Shown: positions 1-10,768 of the stretch, in pieces | Layout of the letters: each line of letters starts with the position of its first letter | Numbering within the stretch: the first letter of the stretch is position 1 | From: a bacterium | GTDB lineage: Bacteria; Hinthialibacterota; Hinthialibacteria; Hinthialibacterales; Hinthialibacteraceae | DNA length: 64,000 bases | NCBI GenBank assembly: GCA_963662285.2 | Contig: CAXXMV010000002.1 | Coordinates: 832,001 to 896,000, forward strand | Direction of reading: 5' to 3' | Made by a program: the position numbers and the translations under genes | The notes under the pieces: generated by a model | The model's input: the letters and a program-made list of their open reading frames with translations, nothing else | What the model was told of the DNA's origin: nothing | The model's database searches: none

Positions 1-168
1 TGAAATTTTTTCATCTCTCGGGCTGCAATCCGGTGTATAATTGACCCAGGCTGCATATCAAATAAAGTTCAATTCAAACCATAACCATTGATAAATTTTT
101 ACAATTGAGCAAAATAAAGCATTCATTCGTGACAACATAATCTTAACTACTACGGTATCTTAAAACCT

Positions 169-2127
169 ATGAAAACCAAACATACTAAAACCAACAAGCA
201 CGGTTTGGCCTTTAAATTATCATTGCTCGTACTGACAAGTACATCATTGATTTTCGTTGCTGCATTCAGTTATAACTACATGTATTCCAGAAAAATTGTA
301 TTGGAAAATGTTAAAGAAAACGCCAAAAGCATGACAGCCTCAACGGTCAACAAGATTGAAGGGGTTATAACTGGAGTGGAAAAAACGCCTGATTTCCTCG
401 CCGCACATTTAGAGAATGGTCATCTAGACCAAAAAACATTATTTAACTGCATAGAAAAACTAGTTTCTCTCAACGAAGAAATCTTTGGTTCCACCGTCTC
501 TTTTGAACCATATGTATATGATCCTGCGGTACGTTTATTCGGTCCCTATTTTTATAAAAAGGACGGCGCCATTGCTTACACGGATTTAAGTAGTAACTAT
601 GATTATCTAACCCACGATTGGTATACCGAACCAAAAGAATTGAACGCAACAGTCTGGAGCGAACCGTATTTCGATGAAGGCGGCGGAGAGATTATTATGT
701 CTACTTATTCCGTGCCTTTTTATAGAACCATCGAAGGAAAACGCGGTTTCCAGGGAGTTGTAACAGCGGATATATCACTTGAATGGTTAGTCGGCATCGT
801 CTCATCCATCTCATTCTTAGACAATGGATACGCTTTTCTGGTTGCTCATAATGGCGTCTTTGTCACGCATCCAGACAATAACTTGATTATGAAAGAAAGC
901 ATCTTCAGCCTCGCCGATAAACATAGCGATGAGAATCTCCGCGATATCGGCAAAAAAATGGTGCAGGGCGAAGAAGGCTTTGCTCCCTATAACAGCATTC
1001 TTCTTCAAAAGAAATGCTGGATGTATTACGCATCGCTGCCGACTACCGGATGGTCAATCGGCATCGTATTCCCCGAAGATGAATTGTTCGCCAATCTTCA
1101 TTCCTTAAGCCGCACGGTTTTCATCATCGGCGTAATCGGTTTTATTCTGCTATTTATTGTGATTATTTTCATTTCCGGCGCCATTGCTAAACCAATTCGC
1201 AACCTGGCCAATATGACGGCCGATATCGCCAAGGGCAATCTCGACATCGAATTGCCTAAATCATCATCCAGTGATGAGATTGGCGCTTTATCCCACTCTT
1301 TCGAAGATATGCGCGTCGCTCTCAAGGAATACATCTCCAACTTAACCGAAACCACAGCGGCTAAAGAGCGCATCGAAAGCGAATTAAAAATTGCCCACAG
1401 TATTCAGATGAACTTTCTTCCCAAGAAATTCCCGCCTTTCCCGGAAAAGGAAGAATTCGAAATTTACGCAACCCTCGAACCAGCTAAAGAAGTTGGCGGC
1501 GACCTCTATGATTTCTTTCTATTAGACGACGATAATCTCTTCTTCTCCATTGGCGATGTCACCGACAAGGGAGTTCCGGCAGCTCTCTTTATGGCAGTAT
1601 CTAAAACCCTGATGAAAGGCATCGCCGAACAAGGCAAAAAACTGGATTACACTCCAGCCGACGTCCTGATGAAAGTCAATGAAGAATTGGCGCACGACAA
1701 TGAGACCTCGATGTTCGTCACTGTGATTTGTGGATTTCTTAATATCTCAACCGGACATCTGGTTTATTCCAACGCCGCTCATAATCCACCTGTCCTGCTT
1801 CGCGCCAACGGCAAACCAGAGTGGCTTGCACTGCCTCCGGGATTCCTGCTTGGACCAATGGAAGGCACCAAATACCAAAACATGGAATTAACGCTTAATC
1901 CCGGCGATTCGCTGTTGCTTTACACCGATGGGGTTGATGAAGCCATGAATGTTAATGAAGAGTTTTATACCAAAGAAAAAATCCTTCGCACTGTCGAAGC
2001 GAGCCAGTCTGAAACGGCTGAAGGTTTGGTCAAGGATGTTATGACTTCCGTCAAAGAATTCTCAGAAGGCGCCGCACAATCAGATGACATAACATTAGTA
2101 GGCCTGCATTACATCGGTAGAGCCTAA
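169..2127 (+). CDS. Membrane sensor PP2C/SpoIIE phosphatase (Cache + HAMP + SpoIIE; RsbU-like)
   Basis: Two TM segments flank a Cache-like region (WSEPYFD), followed by HAMP (DEIGALSHSF) and PP2C motifs VGGDLYDFF, GDVTDKG, YTDG, DDIT. Confidence 0.9.
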   Translation: MKTKHTKTNKHGLAFKLSLLVLTSTSLIFVAAFSYNYMYSRKIVLENVKENAKSMTASTVNKIEGVITGVEKTPDFLAAHLENGHLDQKTLFNCIEKLVSLNEEIFGSTVSFEPYVYDPAVRLFGPYFYKKDGAIAYTDLSSNYDYLTHDWYTEPKELNATVWSEPYFDEGGGEIIMSTYSVPFYRTIEGKRGFQGVVTADISLEWLVGIVSSISFLDNGYAFLVAHNGVFVTHPDNNLIMKESIFSLADKHSDENLRDIGKKMVQGEEGFAPYNSILLQKKCWMYYASLPTTGWSIGIVFPEDELFANLHSLSRTVFIIGVIGFILLFIVIIFISGAIAKPIRNLANMTADIAKGNLDIELPKSSSSDEIGALSHSFEDMRVALKEYISNLTETTAAKERIESELKIAHSIQMNFLPKKFPPFPEKEEFEIYATLEPAKEVGGDLYDFFLLDDDNLFFSIGDVTDKGVPAALFMAVSKTLMKGIAEQGKKLDYTPADVLMKVNEELAHDNETSMFVTVICGFLNISTGHLVYSNAAHNPPVLLRANGKPEWLALPPGFLLGPMEGTKYQNMELTLNPGDSLLLYTDGVDEAMNVNEEFYTKEKILRTVEASQSETAEGLVKDVMTSVKEFSEGAAQSDDITLVGLHYIGRA

Positions 2128-2152
2128 ATCACAACGATGCTCGAAACCCCAT

Positions 2153-2356
2153 CTAGGGCGCGCCTCTTATGGGCGCCCCGGCCCACAATCACCGAATATC
2201 AAGCCCGAAACTGGGTGCCAAGGGCAAGACCGCATTGCGGTCAGCCCTTGATGCGATTACCTACGTATCTCAAAACCTCTTCCAGAAAAGAATTTGGGTG
2301 AGAGTGATTTTTGAAATTACTTAAGTTAATGACATAGCCCTTGTGGGCGCCCGATC
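2153..2356. repeat. Cluster of REP-like hairpins: family A (GGGCGCCC), family B (AAGGGC...GCCCTTG) and a MITE-like end
   Basis: Family A at 2153-2178, family B at 2211-2255, and TTAATGACAT abutting a half family-A copy near 2326-2353; the same motifs recur elsewhere in the window. Confidence 0.75.
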
Positions 2357-2373
2357 CGCAACCACCGAATATA

Positions 2374-2414
2374 AAATCAAGCCCGAAGCAAATGCTCCGG
2401 GCTTGATTTTTTTT
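2374..2414. terminator. Likely bidirectional intrinsic terminator
   Basis: AAAATCAAGCCCG...CGGGCTTGATTTTTTTT hairpin between convergent genes. Confidence 0.7.
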
Positions 2415-2442
2415 CCGACCTATTAAATCCACTTACAAGTTA

Positions 2443-3138
2443 TTATTCAATTTCCTTAATTTTAATATTACGGAAATAGATCGGCGCTCCAGCATGTTTG
2501 CCCTGGAAGCCGATATGGCCATGAGTAGCGATTTCAGCTTTAGGTTTGCTCAGCCATTCGGGAATATCGCTGCCATCAGGATTTTTCTTGGCGCTGGTCC
2601 ATTTTTTCAAATCCATCCGGTTAACTCTCTCATTATTGAGCATAACTGATAGTATATTGTCTTTACATCTGACCGTCATACGGTTCCATTCGCCTGGTTT
2701 CTTGACGACGCTTTTCCGTGCGGCTTTATGACCGAAGAACGCAGCGCATTGCCAGGTCTTGTCGGCTTTACCCCACTGCTCGGAATGATCATCCGCAATC
2801 TGAATCTCAACCGAATTGGGAATCCAGTTTTTCATATCGCTGCAATAAACGATAACGCCGCTATTGGTTCCATCAGCGGTTTTGAATTCCAGGTCAAGAA
2901 TGAAATTATCGTAGTCTTTCTTGCTCCAGAGCGCCTGATCTTCGCTGGCGGTAATCACGCCGTCTTCAACGGTCCAGATTCCCTTGGGGAAAATAGCGTC
3001 TGACAGGTCAGGCTTAAATAATGAATCCCACTCACTGACATCTGGGTGTCCCTTTTGCGCAGCGGCTCTGCCCTGGGCTGACGCCACAACTGGCAGTACC
3101 ATGCAGCACAATAAAACAGCAATCAAAATTCTTTTCAT
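2443..3138 (-). CDS. Exported DUF1080 (3-keto-disaccharide hydrolase-like) protein
   Basis: Signal peptide; motifs NSGV, EIQIAD, GEWN, GHIGFQG, FRNIKIKE. Confidence 0.85.
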   Translation of the reverse strand: MKRILIAVLLCCMVLPVVASAQGRAAAQKGHPDVSEWDSLFKPDLSDAIFPKGIWTVEDGVITASEDQALWSKKDYDNFILDLEFKTADGTNSGVIVYCSDMKNWIPNSVEIQIADDHSEQWGKADKTWQCAAFFGHKAARKSVVKKPGEWNRMTVRCKDNILSVMLNNERVNRMDLKKWTSAKKNPDGSDIPEWLSKPKAEIATHGHIGFQGKHAGAPIYFRNIKIKEIE

Positions 3139-3266
3139 AATACCATCTCCTTTTTATACGCTCCAATTACCAAATTAAAGCGTGTTAATACAAATTACTC
3201 CGTCGCTATTCTACCAATATTCGTCAAGGGAATTAAGAAGGATTGAAGATCCGGCGGGATATATTA

Positions 3267-4661
3267 TTAAAATTGAAAATATATAAATGGTTGGAAACCA
3301 ACCGGATGATAGAGCAGAACCAGCCACAACATAACGAAAATAACCACTGGCGAATACCAGGCCTGCATAGGCGCCTCAAGCCACTTCTCTTTCTTCAATG
3401 CATGACAAATATGAGTAATAACCATCAAACCAAGGCATAATAACGCGAATGGATGAATCCAACTTATACCGGCAACCGGCGCAAACATCTGCTTCAACAT
3501 CAAAAAAGCATCCGCAAACGCCGGTGAACGGAATAACACCCAGCTTATTAATACCACCAGCATGGTGCTAAACCATCCCAAAAAACTCTCTATCATCATC
3601 CTGGATTTGTCATTCGCATTCTTCAACATCCATCGGTTAACCGCTAAAGCCGCCCCATGCAAACCGCCCCATAGAACAAAGGTCCACGATGCGCCATGCC
3701 ATAAACCGCCCAGCAGCATGGTGATCATAAGATTGATATAGGTTCTGATTTCACCTTTGCGGTTACCGCCCAGTGAGATGTATAAATAGTCGCGCAGCCA
3801 ACTGGACAACGAAATATGCCAGCGCCGCCAGAAATCCTGAATGCTGGTTGCGATATAGGGATGATTGAAATTGGCTTGAAAATCAAAGCCCATGGTTCGC
3901 GCTAAACCAATAGCCATATCTGAATAGCCGGAGAAATCGCAATATATCTGAATGGCGTAAGCGATGACGGCCAGCCATGTGGTGACGCAATCAAAGGCGC
4001 CCGCATTATCAAACACCACATCAACGAACATGGCCAGCCGGTCGGCGATAAAGACCTTCTTGAATAGACCGAAGACGAACTGCCGCCCGCCCGAGTACGA
4101 CCTGCACCAACTCATTGACCTCGGTGTTTTCAGTTGCGGCAAAAAATCCGCCGCCCGTACTATTGGCCCGGCCACCAATTGGGGGAAGAATCCCACAAAT
4201 AGAGCAAAATCAAAAAAATCATGACAAGGCTCTATGCGTTTGCGGTAGATGTCGATGGTATAACTCAGCGTCTGAAATGTATAAAACGAAATGCCCACTG
4301 GCAATATGATATTCAGTGATTGCAGATTAAATCCCAGCGGCGCCAGCATCAGCGCTGCGGAATCGATAAAGAAATTGCAATACTTGAAGAATCCCAAAAG
4401 CCCCAGATTGGCGACCAGGCTGATGCATAGAAGAGTCTTACGGTTTTTCTGATTATCGGTTTTATGAAGAGTCGCGCCGACTATGTAATCGACTACAGTC
4501 GAAAGAATGATCAAGCCCAGAAAGCGCCAATCCCAATAAGCGTAGAAATAGTAACTGCCCGCCAGCAAAATAATTTTCTGAACGCGAAAGTTTTTAATGC
4601 TCAATAGCAGAATGACCGTAATACAAAAGAAAATTATAAATTCAATTTGAGTGAATAGCAT
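3267..4661 (-). CDS. MBOAT family O-acyltransferase (AlgI/PatA/DltB-like)
   Basis: LPVGISFYTFQ, FFPQLVAGPI, DFSGYSDMAIG, FWRRWHISLS, GLWHGA, FIYFQF C-terminus. Confidence 0.92.
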   Translation of the reverse strand: MLFTQIEFIIFFCITVILLLSIKNFRVQKIILLAGSYYFYAYWDWRFLGLIILSTVVDYIVGATLHKTDNQKNRKTLLCISLVANLGLLGFFKYCNFFIDSAALMLAPLGFNLQSLNIILPVGISFYTFQTLSYTIDIYRKRIEPCHDFFDFALFVGFFPQLVAGPIVRAADFLPQLKTPRSMSWCRSYSGGRQFVFGLFKKVFIADRLAMFVDVVFDNAGAFDCVTTWLAVIAYAIQIYCDFSGYSDMAIGLARTMGFDFQANFNHPYIATSIQDFWRRWHISLSSWLRDYLYISLGGNRKGEIRTYINLMITMLLGGLWHGASWTFVLWGGLHGAALAVNRWMLKNANDKSRMMIESFLGWFSTMLVVLISWVLFRSPAFADAFLMLKQMFAPVAGISWIHPFALLCLGLMVITHICHALKKEKWLEAPMQAWYSPVVIFVMLWLVLLYHPVGFQPFIYFQF

Positions 4662-5742
4662 TCTGCGCCTTCTCCAGATGCATACATACCGCCTCAGCGA
4701 TTAAGCGATGGCCCTCTTTATTGAAATGACCTTCAAGCGGAGTGGTGTTGCTGAATCCGCGGGATAGTTTCATGCTTGATTCATATAGCGCTATCAAATC
4801 CGGCGTCAAATCAATCACTCCGGCGCCATGTTTATTACAAATTCGCTTAAACTCCTTGAACATTGCCGCATTGGGATCAGTCAAAATAACTTTACCCTTA
4901 TCAATGCTTGGAACAGCAGGACTATAGACAATCAAAATCGGCTGGTCAGTCTGCGCAGTCAATCCGGTTAATAAATAATCCCAGGCATCTCGATAGAACT
5001 GCGCATCCTCTTTCATAGGCGCTTGTTCTTGTTCAACGACTTGTTCAATTGGACCAAGGCGAAACCTTAGATGTTTAATCTTATTCTTAGTAGATGAAGC
5101 AAAACGGAAAAACGCGTCCGCCCGGAAATAGCGCGCCAGCGTTATGAGTCCGGGATTCTTAATTGGTGGAATTGGATCATCAATTTCAAAATGAAAATCC
5201 GGCTTAGACGCAAACCTGAAGCGGGTAGTAGAGCGATCCGGTAAGGTATCAGCCAAATCATGGATAACGATCACATGGCAGTGTATCGGTTTAAGCGTCT
5301 CCTGATATTTCGGCATCAAAAAATAATAATCAGCGCAATCACGCTCACCCGTTCCAATGCCCAAGCCCCTCAGCTTCAGAGTATGCTTGTCATTCCATTG
5401 CGTGGTGAATTGCTGCGCCATCTTATCGTCATCGTCTACCTGAAAACCTTGCACGAACGAGTCGCCCCAAAAGACCACTTTAGGTTCTTTAACCGCGCTG
5501 ACATCAGGTATGGCGTAAATACCGTGGCGCCCCACCAGCGTCCGCCCCCAACCTTCTGTGCGATGCTGGTGAATAGTCCCCGCTGAGATGACGTAATCGC
5601 CAATGGCTGCATCCCATTCCCAGTTATATAAAGTGGTCGAACAATACAGCGCGATGCACCAGACAATCGCGCAAGCAACCATCAGACCGAACAACCAACG
5701 TATGAGAACTGGAAGAGATTTTGAAAAATAAACGATATTCAT
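4642..5742 (-). CDS. Membrane-anchored SGNH/AlgJ-like protein, probable partner of the MBOAT
   Basis: N-terminal TM, GDSF block I, GHFNKEGH block V; overlaps the MBOAT start. Confidence 0.7.
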   Translation of the reverse strand: MNIVYFSKSLPVLIRWLFGLMVACAIVWCIALYCSTTLYNWEWDAAIGDYVISAGTIHQHRTEGWGRTLVGRHGIYAIPDVSAVKEPKVVFWGDSFVQGFQVDDDDKMAQQFTTQWNDKHTLKLRGLGIGTGERDCADYYFLMPKYQETLKPIHCHVIVIHDLADTLPDRSTTRFRFASKPDFHFEIDDPIPPIKNPGLITLARYFRADAFFRFASSTKNKIKHLRFRLGPIEQVVEQEQAPMKEDAQFYRDAWDYLLTGLTAQTDQPILIVYSPAVPSIDKGKVILTDPNAAMFKEFKRICNKHGAGVIDLTPDLIALYESSMKLSRGFSNTTPLEGHFNKEGHRLIAEAVCMHLEKAQNAIHSN

Positions 5743-5836
5743 GTAAATGATTTCTGTGATTTAATTAAGACAACTATATTCAAACCTATATGCAACGAAT
5801 GTATAAAACCACCCAAAAATTACCAATACACCAAAG

Positions 5837-5867
5837 CGTAGGATGGGTCACGCCTCACCGACCCATC
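5837..5867 (+). repeat. GTAG-type REP (family C)
   Basis: CGTAGGATGGGTC...GACCCATC; identical copy at 22173-22203 and a variant at 22086-22117. Confidence 0.8.
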
Positions 5868-5945
5868 AAAAAACCACCCCAACAAACCAACCACTCCCCA
5901 CCGACCCATCAAAAATCCACCCAAAGAATCAAATCCCCTCTCTCC

Positions 5946-7763
5946 CTACTCAACGCCAATCTTCTCAAACACGCGGTCAATCCAATTATCATAGGTCCAA
6001 TCCATGTTGACGCGCTTTTGCGCGTTACTGCGGATTTCATCCATCTCGTCCTTATGCCCAAGATAGTATTGGATTTTATCATAGTATTCATCCAGTGATG
6101 AAGCATAAACCATTTCGTGATCCGACTTCAAATAACAATCAAACTGAGGCATATCGCTAACCTCGAAAGCCCCCATCCCGGCTGCATTGAAGAAACGCAT
6201 GTTGGGACCAGTGACATGAGCAATGGATTGAATATTTATAAAAACGCTTCCATGCGAAAAGACTTTGCGCTCTTCCTGGATGGGCAAGCCGCCTTGCAAG
6301 CAATTGCGCAGCAATGAGTTTTCAGAAAGATAATTACCCCAATCACCGCCAAAGAGAGCCAGTCCCAATGGCGCTATTTTTTCTAAAACCGTTTTGCGGC
6401 GGGCCGCGGAAGCCTGACATAGAAGATAGCGGAAGATAGCGTATTGCTCTTTTTCGATATCAACCTGTGGGATCGGATTATCATTCAAATAATCATAAAG
6501 GTTGTTTTGCTGATTGAAGTCGCTCAGATTTCTTTCCGCATTCTCAATGTATTCTAAAAGAACCTGACGTTCTTTCCACTGAGCCTTAAATGCTTCAACC
6601 ACCGGAGGCGCCATGCCCAAAGAGTTGCCCACAAAAACCACCGGAAAACGATGATTGGTTAGCGCCGGTTCAGTCGCTGTATAATCCGCCATCAACGGAA
6701 CAAAATGCACATTACGGTATCCCCGGTTTTGAAAATAAGGCGCCAGCCGCCCATCTATCACAAAGCTATGCTCCCCAGGATATTGAGCATTATCATAATA
6801 AGCAATATTAGTAACCACCTGCACCCAGTGAATATCAAGCGCATCAAAAACTTCCCTCGAAACAAAATGCGGTGCATGATAGCCGAAACTTAAAATCATG
6901 TCCGGTTTAAATTCCCGCACCAGTTGGATAACATGCGATTCCACTATCCTGCCATATTCCAAACCTCCCCCATCAAAGCGGTAGCGGTTTATATTTAATC
7001 TTTGAGTTTTAATATTCCGCTTAGCCAGAAAAGAGTTGATCGCTTGCATGTGAATCTCTTGTGGAGCGTTCACCCAACAATTGATCAGCAAAACACGCTT
7101 GATAACATCTTGCGCCGGGGAACATGATTTCAATTCAGAGATTAATTCGACTCTCTTTGTTTTTGCGCTCTGAACATGTTCAGCATATTTGTTAATCAAT
7201 AATTCTGTATTCACTTTCCCTTGCATCTCTGGAGAGCAAATAACCTTTAGCGATTCAAATTGAAATAAATTCAAAGGTTCAAGTTTTTCGAGAATGCTGT
7301 CTGCATCAAGCTCGCTGACTATGAAATGCAACCGCTCAGTAACCAGGGCGGGTCTGATATCAACAAAAGAAAGACACGCCAGGATTCGGTCAATGGAAGG
7401 CTCAATCACCACAACCCGCAATGCAGGATTTTGTAGAATATACGGGATTATTTCAGCTACTCCATAACCGATAGACGCCCCAAGCAGCAACACGACGCCT
7501 TGCTCTGGAGCAGCGTGGTTAACGCAATCTTTGGCTTGTTGCATCTCGCTTTCGACATCGGAATGACCGATAATCCAATACGATGAGTCGCCATCCCTTC
7601 GGCAACGGATATTCCCGTTCACAGACTGAAAAACCAGCGATTCCGTAAGCGGCGAATTGTTTAACAAATAAGCCAACTCATGCTGCCTGGTATTGATATA
7701 CTCAATCGTCGCCTTACGCTTCGGAGTATCCAAAGAAGCCAGCGGAATCCACGGATTATCCAT
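5946..7763 (-). CDS. Glycosyltransferase (CgeB/Glyco_trans_1_2-like C-terminus) with a MAF-like N-terminal domain
   Basis: N-terminal LLGASIGY...VIEP motif; C-terminal NMRFFNAAGMG and YYLGHKDEMDEIR. The ATG at 7763 is preferred over the TTG at 7781. Confidence 0.65.
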   Translation of the reverse strand: MDNPWIPLASLDTPKRKATIEYINTRQHELAYLLNNSPLTESLVFQSVNGNIRCRRDGDSSYWIIGHSDVESEMQQAKDCVNHAAPEQGVVLLLGASIGYGVAEIIPYILQNPALRVVVIEPSIDRILACLSFVDIRPALVTERLHFIVSELDADSILEKLEPLNLFQFESLKVICSPEMQGKVNTELLINKYAEHVQSAKTKRVELISELKSCSPAQDVIKRVLLINCWVNAPQEIHMQAINSFLAKRNIKTQRLNINRYRFDGGGLEYGRIVESHVIQLVREFKPDMILSFGYHAPHFVSREVFDALDIHWVQVVTNIAYYDNAQYPGEHSFVIDGRLAPYFQNRGYRNVHFVPLMADYTATEPALTNHRFPVVFVGNSLGMAPPVVEAFKAQWKERQVLLEYIENAERNLSDFNQQNNLYDYLNDNPIPQVDIEKEQYAIFRYLLCQASAARRKTVLEKIAPLGLALFGGDWGNYLSENSLLRNCLQGGLPIQEERKVFSHGSVFINIQSIAHVTGPNMRFFNAAGMGAFEVSDMPQFDCYLKSDHEMVYASSLDEYYDKIQYYLGHKDEMDEIRSNAQKRVNMDWTYDNWIDRVFEKIGVE

Positions 7764-7805
7764 GCCATTATCCTTTCTCAAACTCTTCGCCCAAACCTAT
7801 ACATT

Positions 7806-7830
7806 GTAGGGGCGCCTCTCGTGGGCGCCC
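7806..7830 (+). repeat. GTAG-type REP (family A)
   Basis: GTAGGGGCGCCTCTCGTGGGCGCCC hairpin; related copies at 2153, 53208, 55394-55513 (split) and about 56772. Confidence 0.8.
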
Positions 7831-7933
7831 AATACGCCCCCATCACTTTAGACAATATACTTACATGCCAAAAGTCGCAATTTAAAAAAATATTCACAAA
7901 CCAAGTTTATAGGAGTTATATCACAGATATTGG

Positions 7934-8614
7934 CTAGGCGGTAAGGTCGACCTTTTGCCCGGTGGGAAACATGGGTTTTATCTCAGGGAAAATCACTACA
8001 TGCGCATTGCCGCCGCCAACAAACCGCTCTCCAGTGGCTGGATCAATGCGGTTGTGAACCGTAACCGAAGCCAACACGCGCTGCCCATTCAAGATCGCAT
8101 CGCTGGTTTCCCGCCGTACATGAGACAGTTCATGCTGCCGCACCGCAAAGGGCGCCTGCGCTGATCCGACTGGCTGAGAATACTGAAACGATACGCCGGA
8201 GTCGCTTGAACCATCCGCATAGGAAACCGTATCCCGCTCCAAAGGCTGGTTTGGATCAATCCCCTGCGCCTCACTGGCCGGGATTTGTCCGGATTCGTCA
8301 TTGCCCTCAGGAGCAGTTGAGGCTTCTTTTTCAGGCTGAGCAGTTGGATCAGCCGGAGAAATTGGATCAGCGGTTTCTTCCGCAATTTTCAACGCTTCTC
8401 TGGCGATACGTTGCGCATCAATCCCCTTGCCAGCCGAAACATTCTGCTTGGCCTGAGCAAGCATATTGACGACGCGCATGGCTTTGGAGCCGGTGACATG
8501 GTTTTGATTAAGCAGACGCATGGCTTCAGCGATAGAGCGTTGCGTTTTGCTCGACGCTGGATCGTAAGGTTTAATGGGGTTGCTGGCTTGCACCGGCCCG
8601 ATAGCATCAACCAT
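7934..8614 (-). CDS. Hypothetical protein with an SprA-related-like HExxH motif
   Basis: VRQHELSHV followed by ERFVGGG, resembling the VRAHEQAH...GG pattern of SprA-related proteins. Confidence 0.45.
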   Translation of the reverse strand: MVDAIGPVQASNPIKPYDPASSKTQRSIAEAMRLLNQNHVTGSKAMRVVNMLAQAKQNVSAGKGIDAQRIAREALKIAEETADPISPADPTAQPEKEASTAPEGNDESGQIPASEAQGIDPNQPLERDTVSYADGSSDSGVSFQYSQPVGSAQAPFAVRQHELSHVRRETSDAILNGQRVLASVTVHNRIDPATGERFVGGGNAHVVIFPEIKPMFPTGQKVDLTA

Positions 8615-8678
8615 CTTCTTCCTCTACAACTCATACAAACATACATGTCTCAACCAGGAATGCCGTATAACCAAAATT

Positions 8679-8713
8679 CCCTCTCCCTCCGGGAGAGGGC
8701 TAGGGTGAGGGGG
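8679..8713. repeat. REP-like family E (CCCTCTCCC-GGGAGAGGG-TAGGGTGAGGG)
   Basis: Related copies at about 22231, 30136, 37183 (truncated) and 55434. Confidence 0.8.
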
Positions 8714-8796
8714 AATCTAAAAACACCCCCGGCAAACCAAGTTGATAAAATTCCAAATTCTCTTGACCGGTGAATATATTATATCGAAATAATTAA

Positions 8797-8831
8797 AAAC
8801 CGGCAATAGCATTTACGCTATCGCCGGTTTT
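8797..8831 (-). terminator. Intrinsic terminator
   Basis: AAAACCGGCAATAGC...GCTATCGCCGGTTTT hairpin downstream of the 8857 ORF. Confidence 0.65.
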
Positions 8832-8856
8832 GCTGTTAATTCCTAATTTCTTGAAC

Positions 8857-10539
8857 TTAATGACTATTCTGCTTCATCATCCCGCCTAAAACCGCGTTCT
8901 TAACCGCTGTAATCTCTTTAACCGGAATTATCAGGCGCGAAACCATGTCGCCGTTTTCAACATAAGCATCTATCGTAAGCCCAGGATTATCTGCATCTTT
9001 GGGAACTTCAATCATCAACAGGGGATTAATCCCACCTTTGAAAAATCTGGCCATTTGCGCTTTAGCGAAATTGATGCCTTCCAGAACATTAATTCGCGCC
9101 CATACGAATGAATCCGGCGTGATCATCTTTTTCACATCAGCCGTATCTATATTTTCCATAAGCCGGTCCAAAACCTTGGGCATGTCTTCCGACGTAAAAA
9201 CCAGCAAGTCTTTATATATAGCATAATAATAATCAACATTTTGCAGTTTCATCATCTCCGCTATAGGAGATTCCGGGTCATCCGCTTTGTATCTGAGACC
9301 GAGTTTCGAATAGGCGATATCTTTATAGGTTCCAATATTCTTTTCTTCTTTAACTTCGAGTTTGATGCCCGTTGCCGGTTGCATCATTCCCGCAGAGTTT
9401 TGGATAATCTCATCCATACTATCGAATATTGCCAGCGCTTTTTTTGTATCTTTAATTTCTATCAACTCAGTAAGCGCCATAGGATTTACAGATTGTTCAG
9501 CCGCATTCATAGTCAATCCGATTGGACCCGCATAGACGTCTTCAATATCCTCCATAATCTTCTTGAGTCCATCGAGAGGCATATCTAGTTTTTCAAAATC
9601 ACTCATAAAGCGTTCTTTTGTCATTTCATAAAGTTTTGGATCAATATTCATAACCGCCGACACAAAATCGCCGGGCTTAATTAGAGATATAACTTTTGAT
9701 ATATCAACCATCTTCGCGATATTTATATATTCAGCGAAAGGCGTTCCCGGCTTAACCGAGACGCGTTTGCGCAATTGGGCTTGTTCTGCAGAAAGCTGGA
9801 TATCAAGCCGTGTAATGCTGATCTGGTCCATCAGATCCAAAATCCAACCCACCTCTATTTCCAGCATAGGAACTACATTAGCTGACATAAAAGGCGCCAT
9901 GCTCATGGTTTTAGAAAAATCACCAATCATCTCTTCAGATAATTCTTTCAGAACTGGAGTTAATTTATCATTATTAATCCACAAACTCAGGTCTTCCTCC
10001 GGGTCTGCTGGCCAGTTAGTCAGTTTATCTAAATCAACGCTTAAAAACCAATTTTTCGCTTTTTCTGGCATTTCCCCATCATATACCAGCAGCGCATTAT
10101 CTCGAAAAATAAGGGGATGTCTCTTTTTATTATATATACCCGGTTCAACTTCCTCTAATTCTGATTTCTCAATTACCATATCTTTATCAAGAACTGGCGC
10201 AATCAACGCTACTTTTACATCGTCATCACCGTCCAAAGATACTAACAACCAGATAGGTTTGGTTTTATCGATTCCATCAAGCGTTTTCACTTGAAGCGCA
10301 TCTATTGCAACAGTTTCCAATTCACCGCCCAGGGGAAGACCAGCTGCGGGAAGTAGAAAATCGTTCATATGCTTTGAACCCTGCTCTATCCCGGCAAGGC
10401 GGGCCACCGCAATAACATCATCCGGTAAAAGTGAAAATAACTGTTTCATTTCAGGTGATTTAACCTGCTCAGATGCAAATGTAGCCGAAATAGTTACCGT
10501 CAAAACTAATCCAGCAATAAAAAGCGACCTTTTCAACAT
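8857..10539 (-). CDS. Exported hypothetical protein (DUF3352-like architecture)
   Basis: Long ORF, AAGGAG RBS before ATG 10539, signal peptide. Confidence 0.6.
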   Translation of the reverse strand: MLKRSLFIAGLVLTVTISATFASEQVKSPEMKQLFSLLPDDVIAVARLAGIEQGSKHMNDFLLPAAGLPLGGELETVAIDALQVKTLDGIDKTKPIWLLVSLDGDDDVKVALIAPVLDKDMVIEKSELEEVEPGIYNKKRHPLIFRDNALLVYDGEMPEKAKNWFLSVDLDKLTNWPADPEEDLSLWINNDKLTPVLKELSEEMIGDFSKTMSMAPFMSANVVPMLEIEVGWILDLMDQISITRLDIQLSAEQAQLRKRVSVKPGTPFAEYINIAKMVDISKVISLIKPGDFVSAVMNIDPKLYEMTKERFMSDFEKLDMPLDGLKKIMEDIEDVYAGPIGLTMNAAEQSVNPMALTELIEIKDTKKALAIFDSMDEIIQNSAGMMQPATGIKLEVKEEKNIGTYKDIAYSKLGLRYKADDPESPIAEMMKLQNVDYYYAIYKDLLVFTSEDMPKVLDRLMENIDTADVKKMITPDSFVWARINVLEGINFAKAQMARFFKGGINPLLMIEVPKDADNPGLTIDAYVENGDMVSRLIIPVKEITAVKNAVLGGMMKQNSH

Positions 10540-10768
10540 GTTTAACTCCTTCTGTTTAGTAATCATCATAGGGATATTACGTCTCTTCTCATTATAACTA
10601 TACGAATATTAGACTATTTATATTCAACGCATGTTAATCTGTATTCATAACATTTCAAGCGATTGTCAAAAATATTTTCGTTTATTGTCACGTTTGGTCT
10701 TCGAACAAGCCAATCTTTTCTGGCTTGTTCGTCGGGCGCCAAGGCGCCAATAGCAAGACCACAATAAC

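Noticed and set aside
5790-6098. ORFs over repeat clusters (5790-6098, 22083-22457, 22322-22645, 53156-53359)
   Set aside because: They are translations of REP sequences (VGWVTPHRPI, RERARVRG), not genes.
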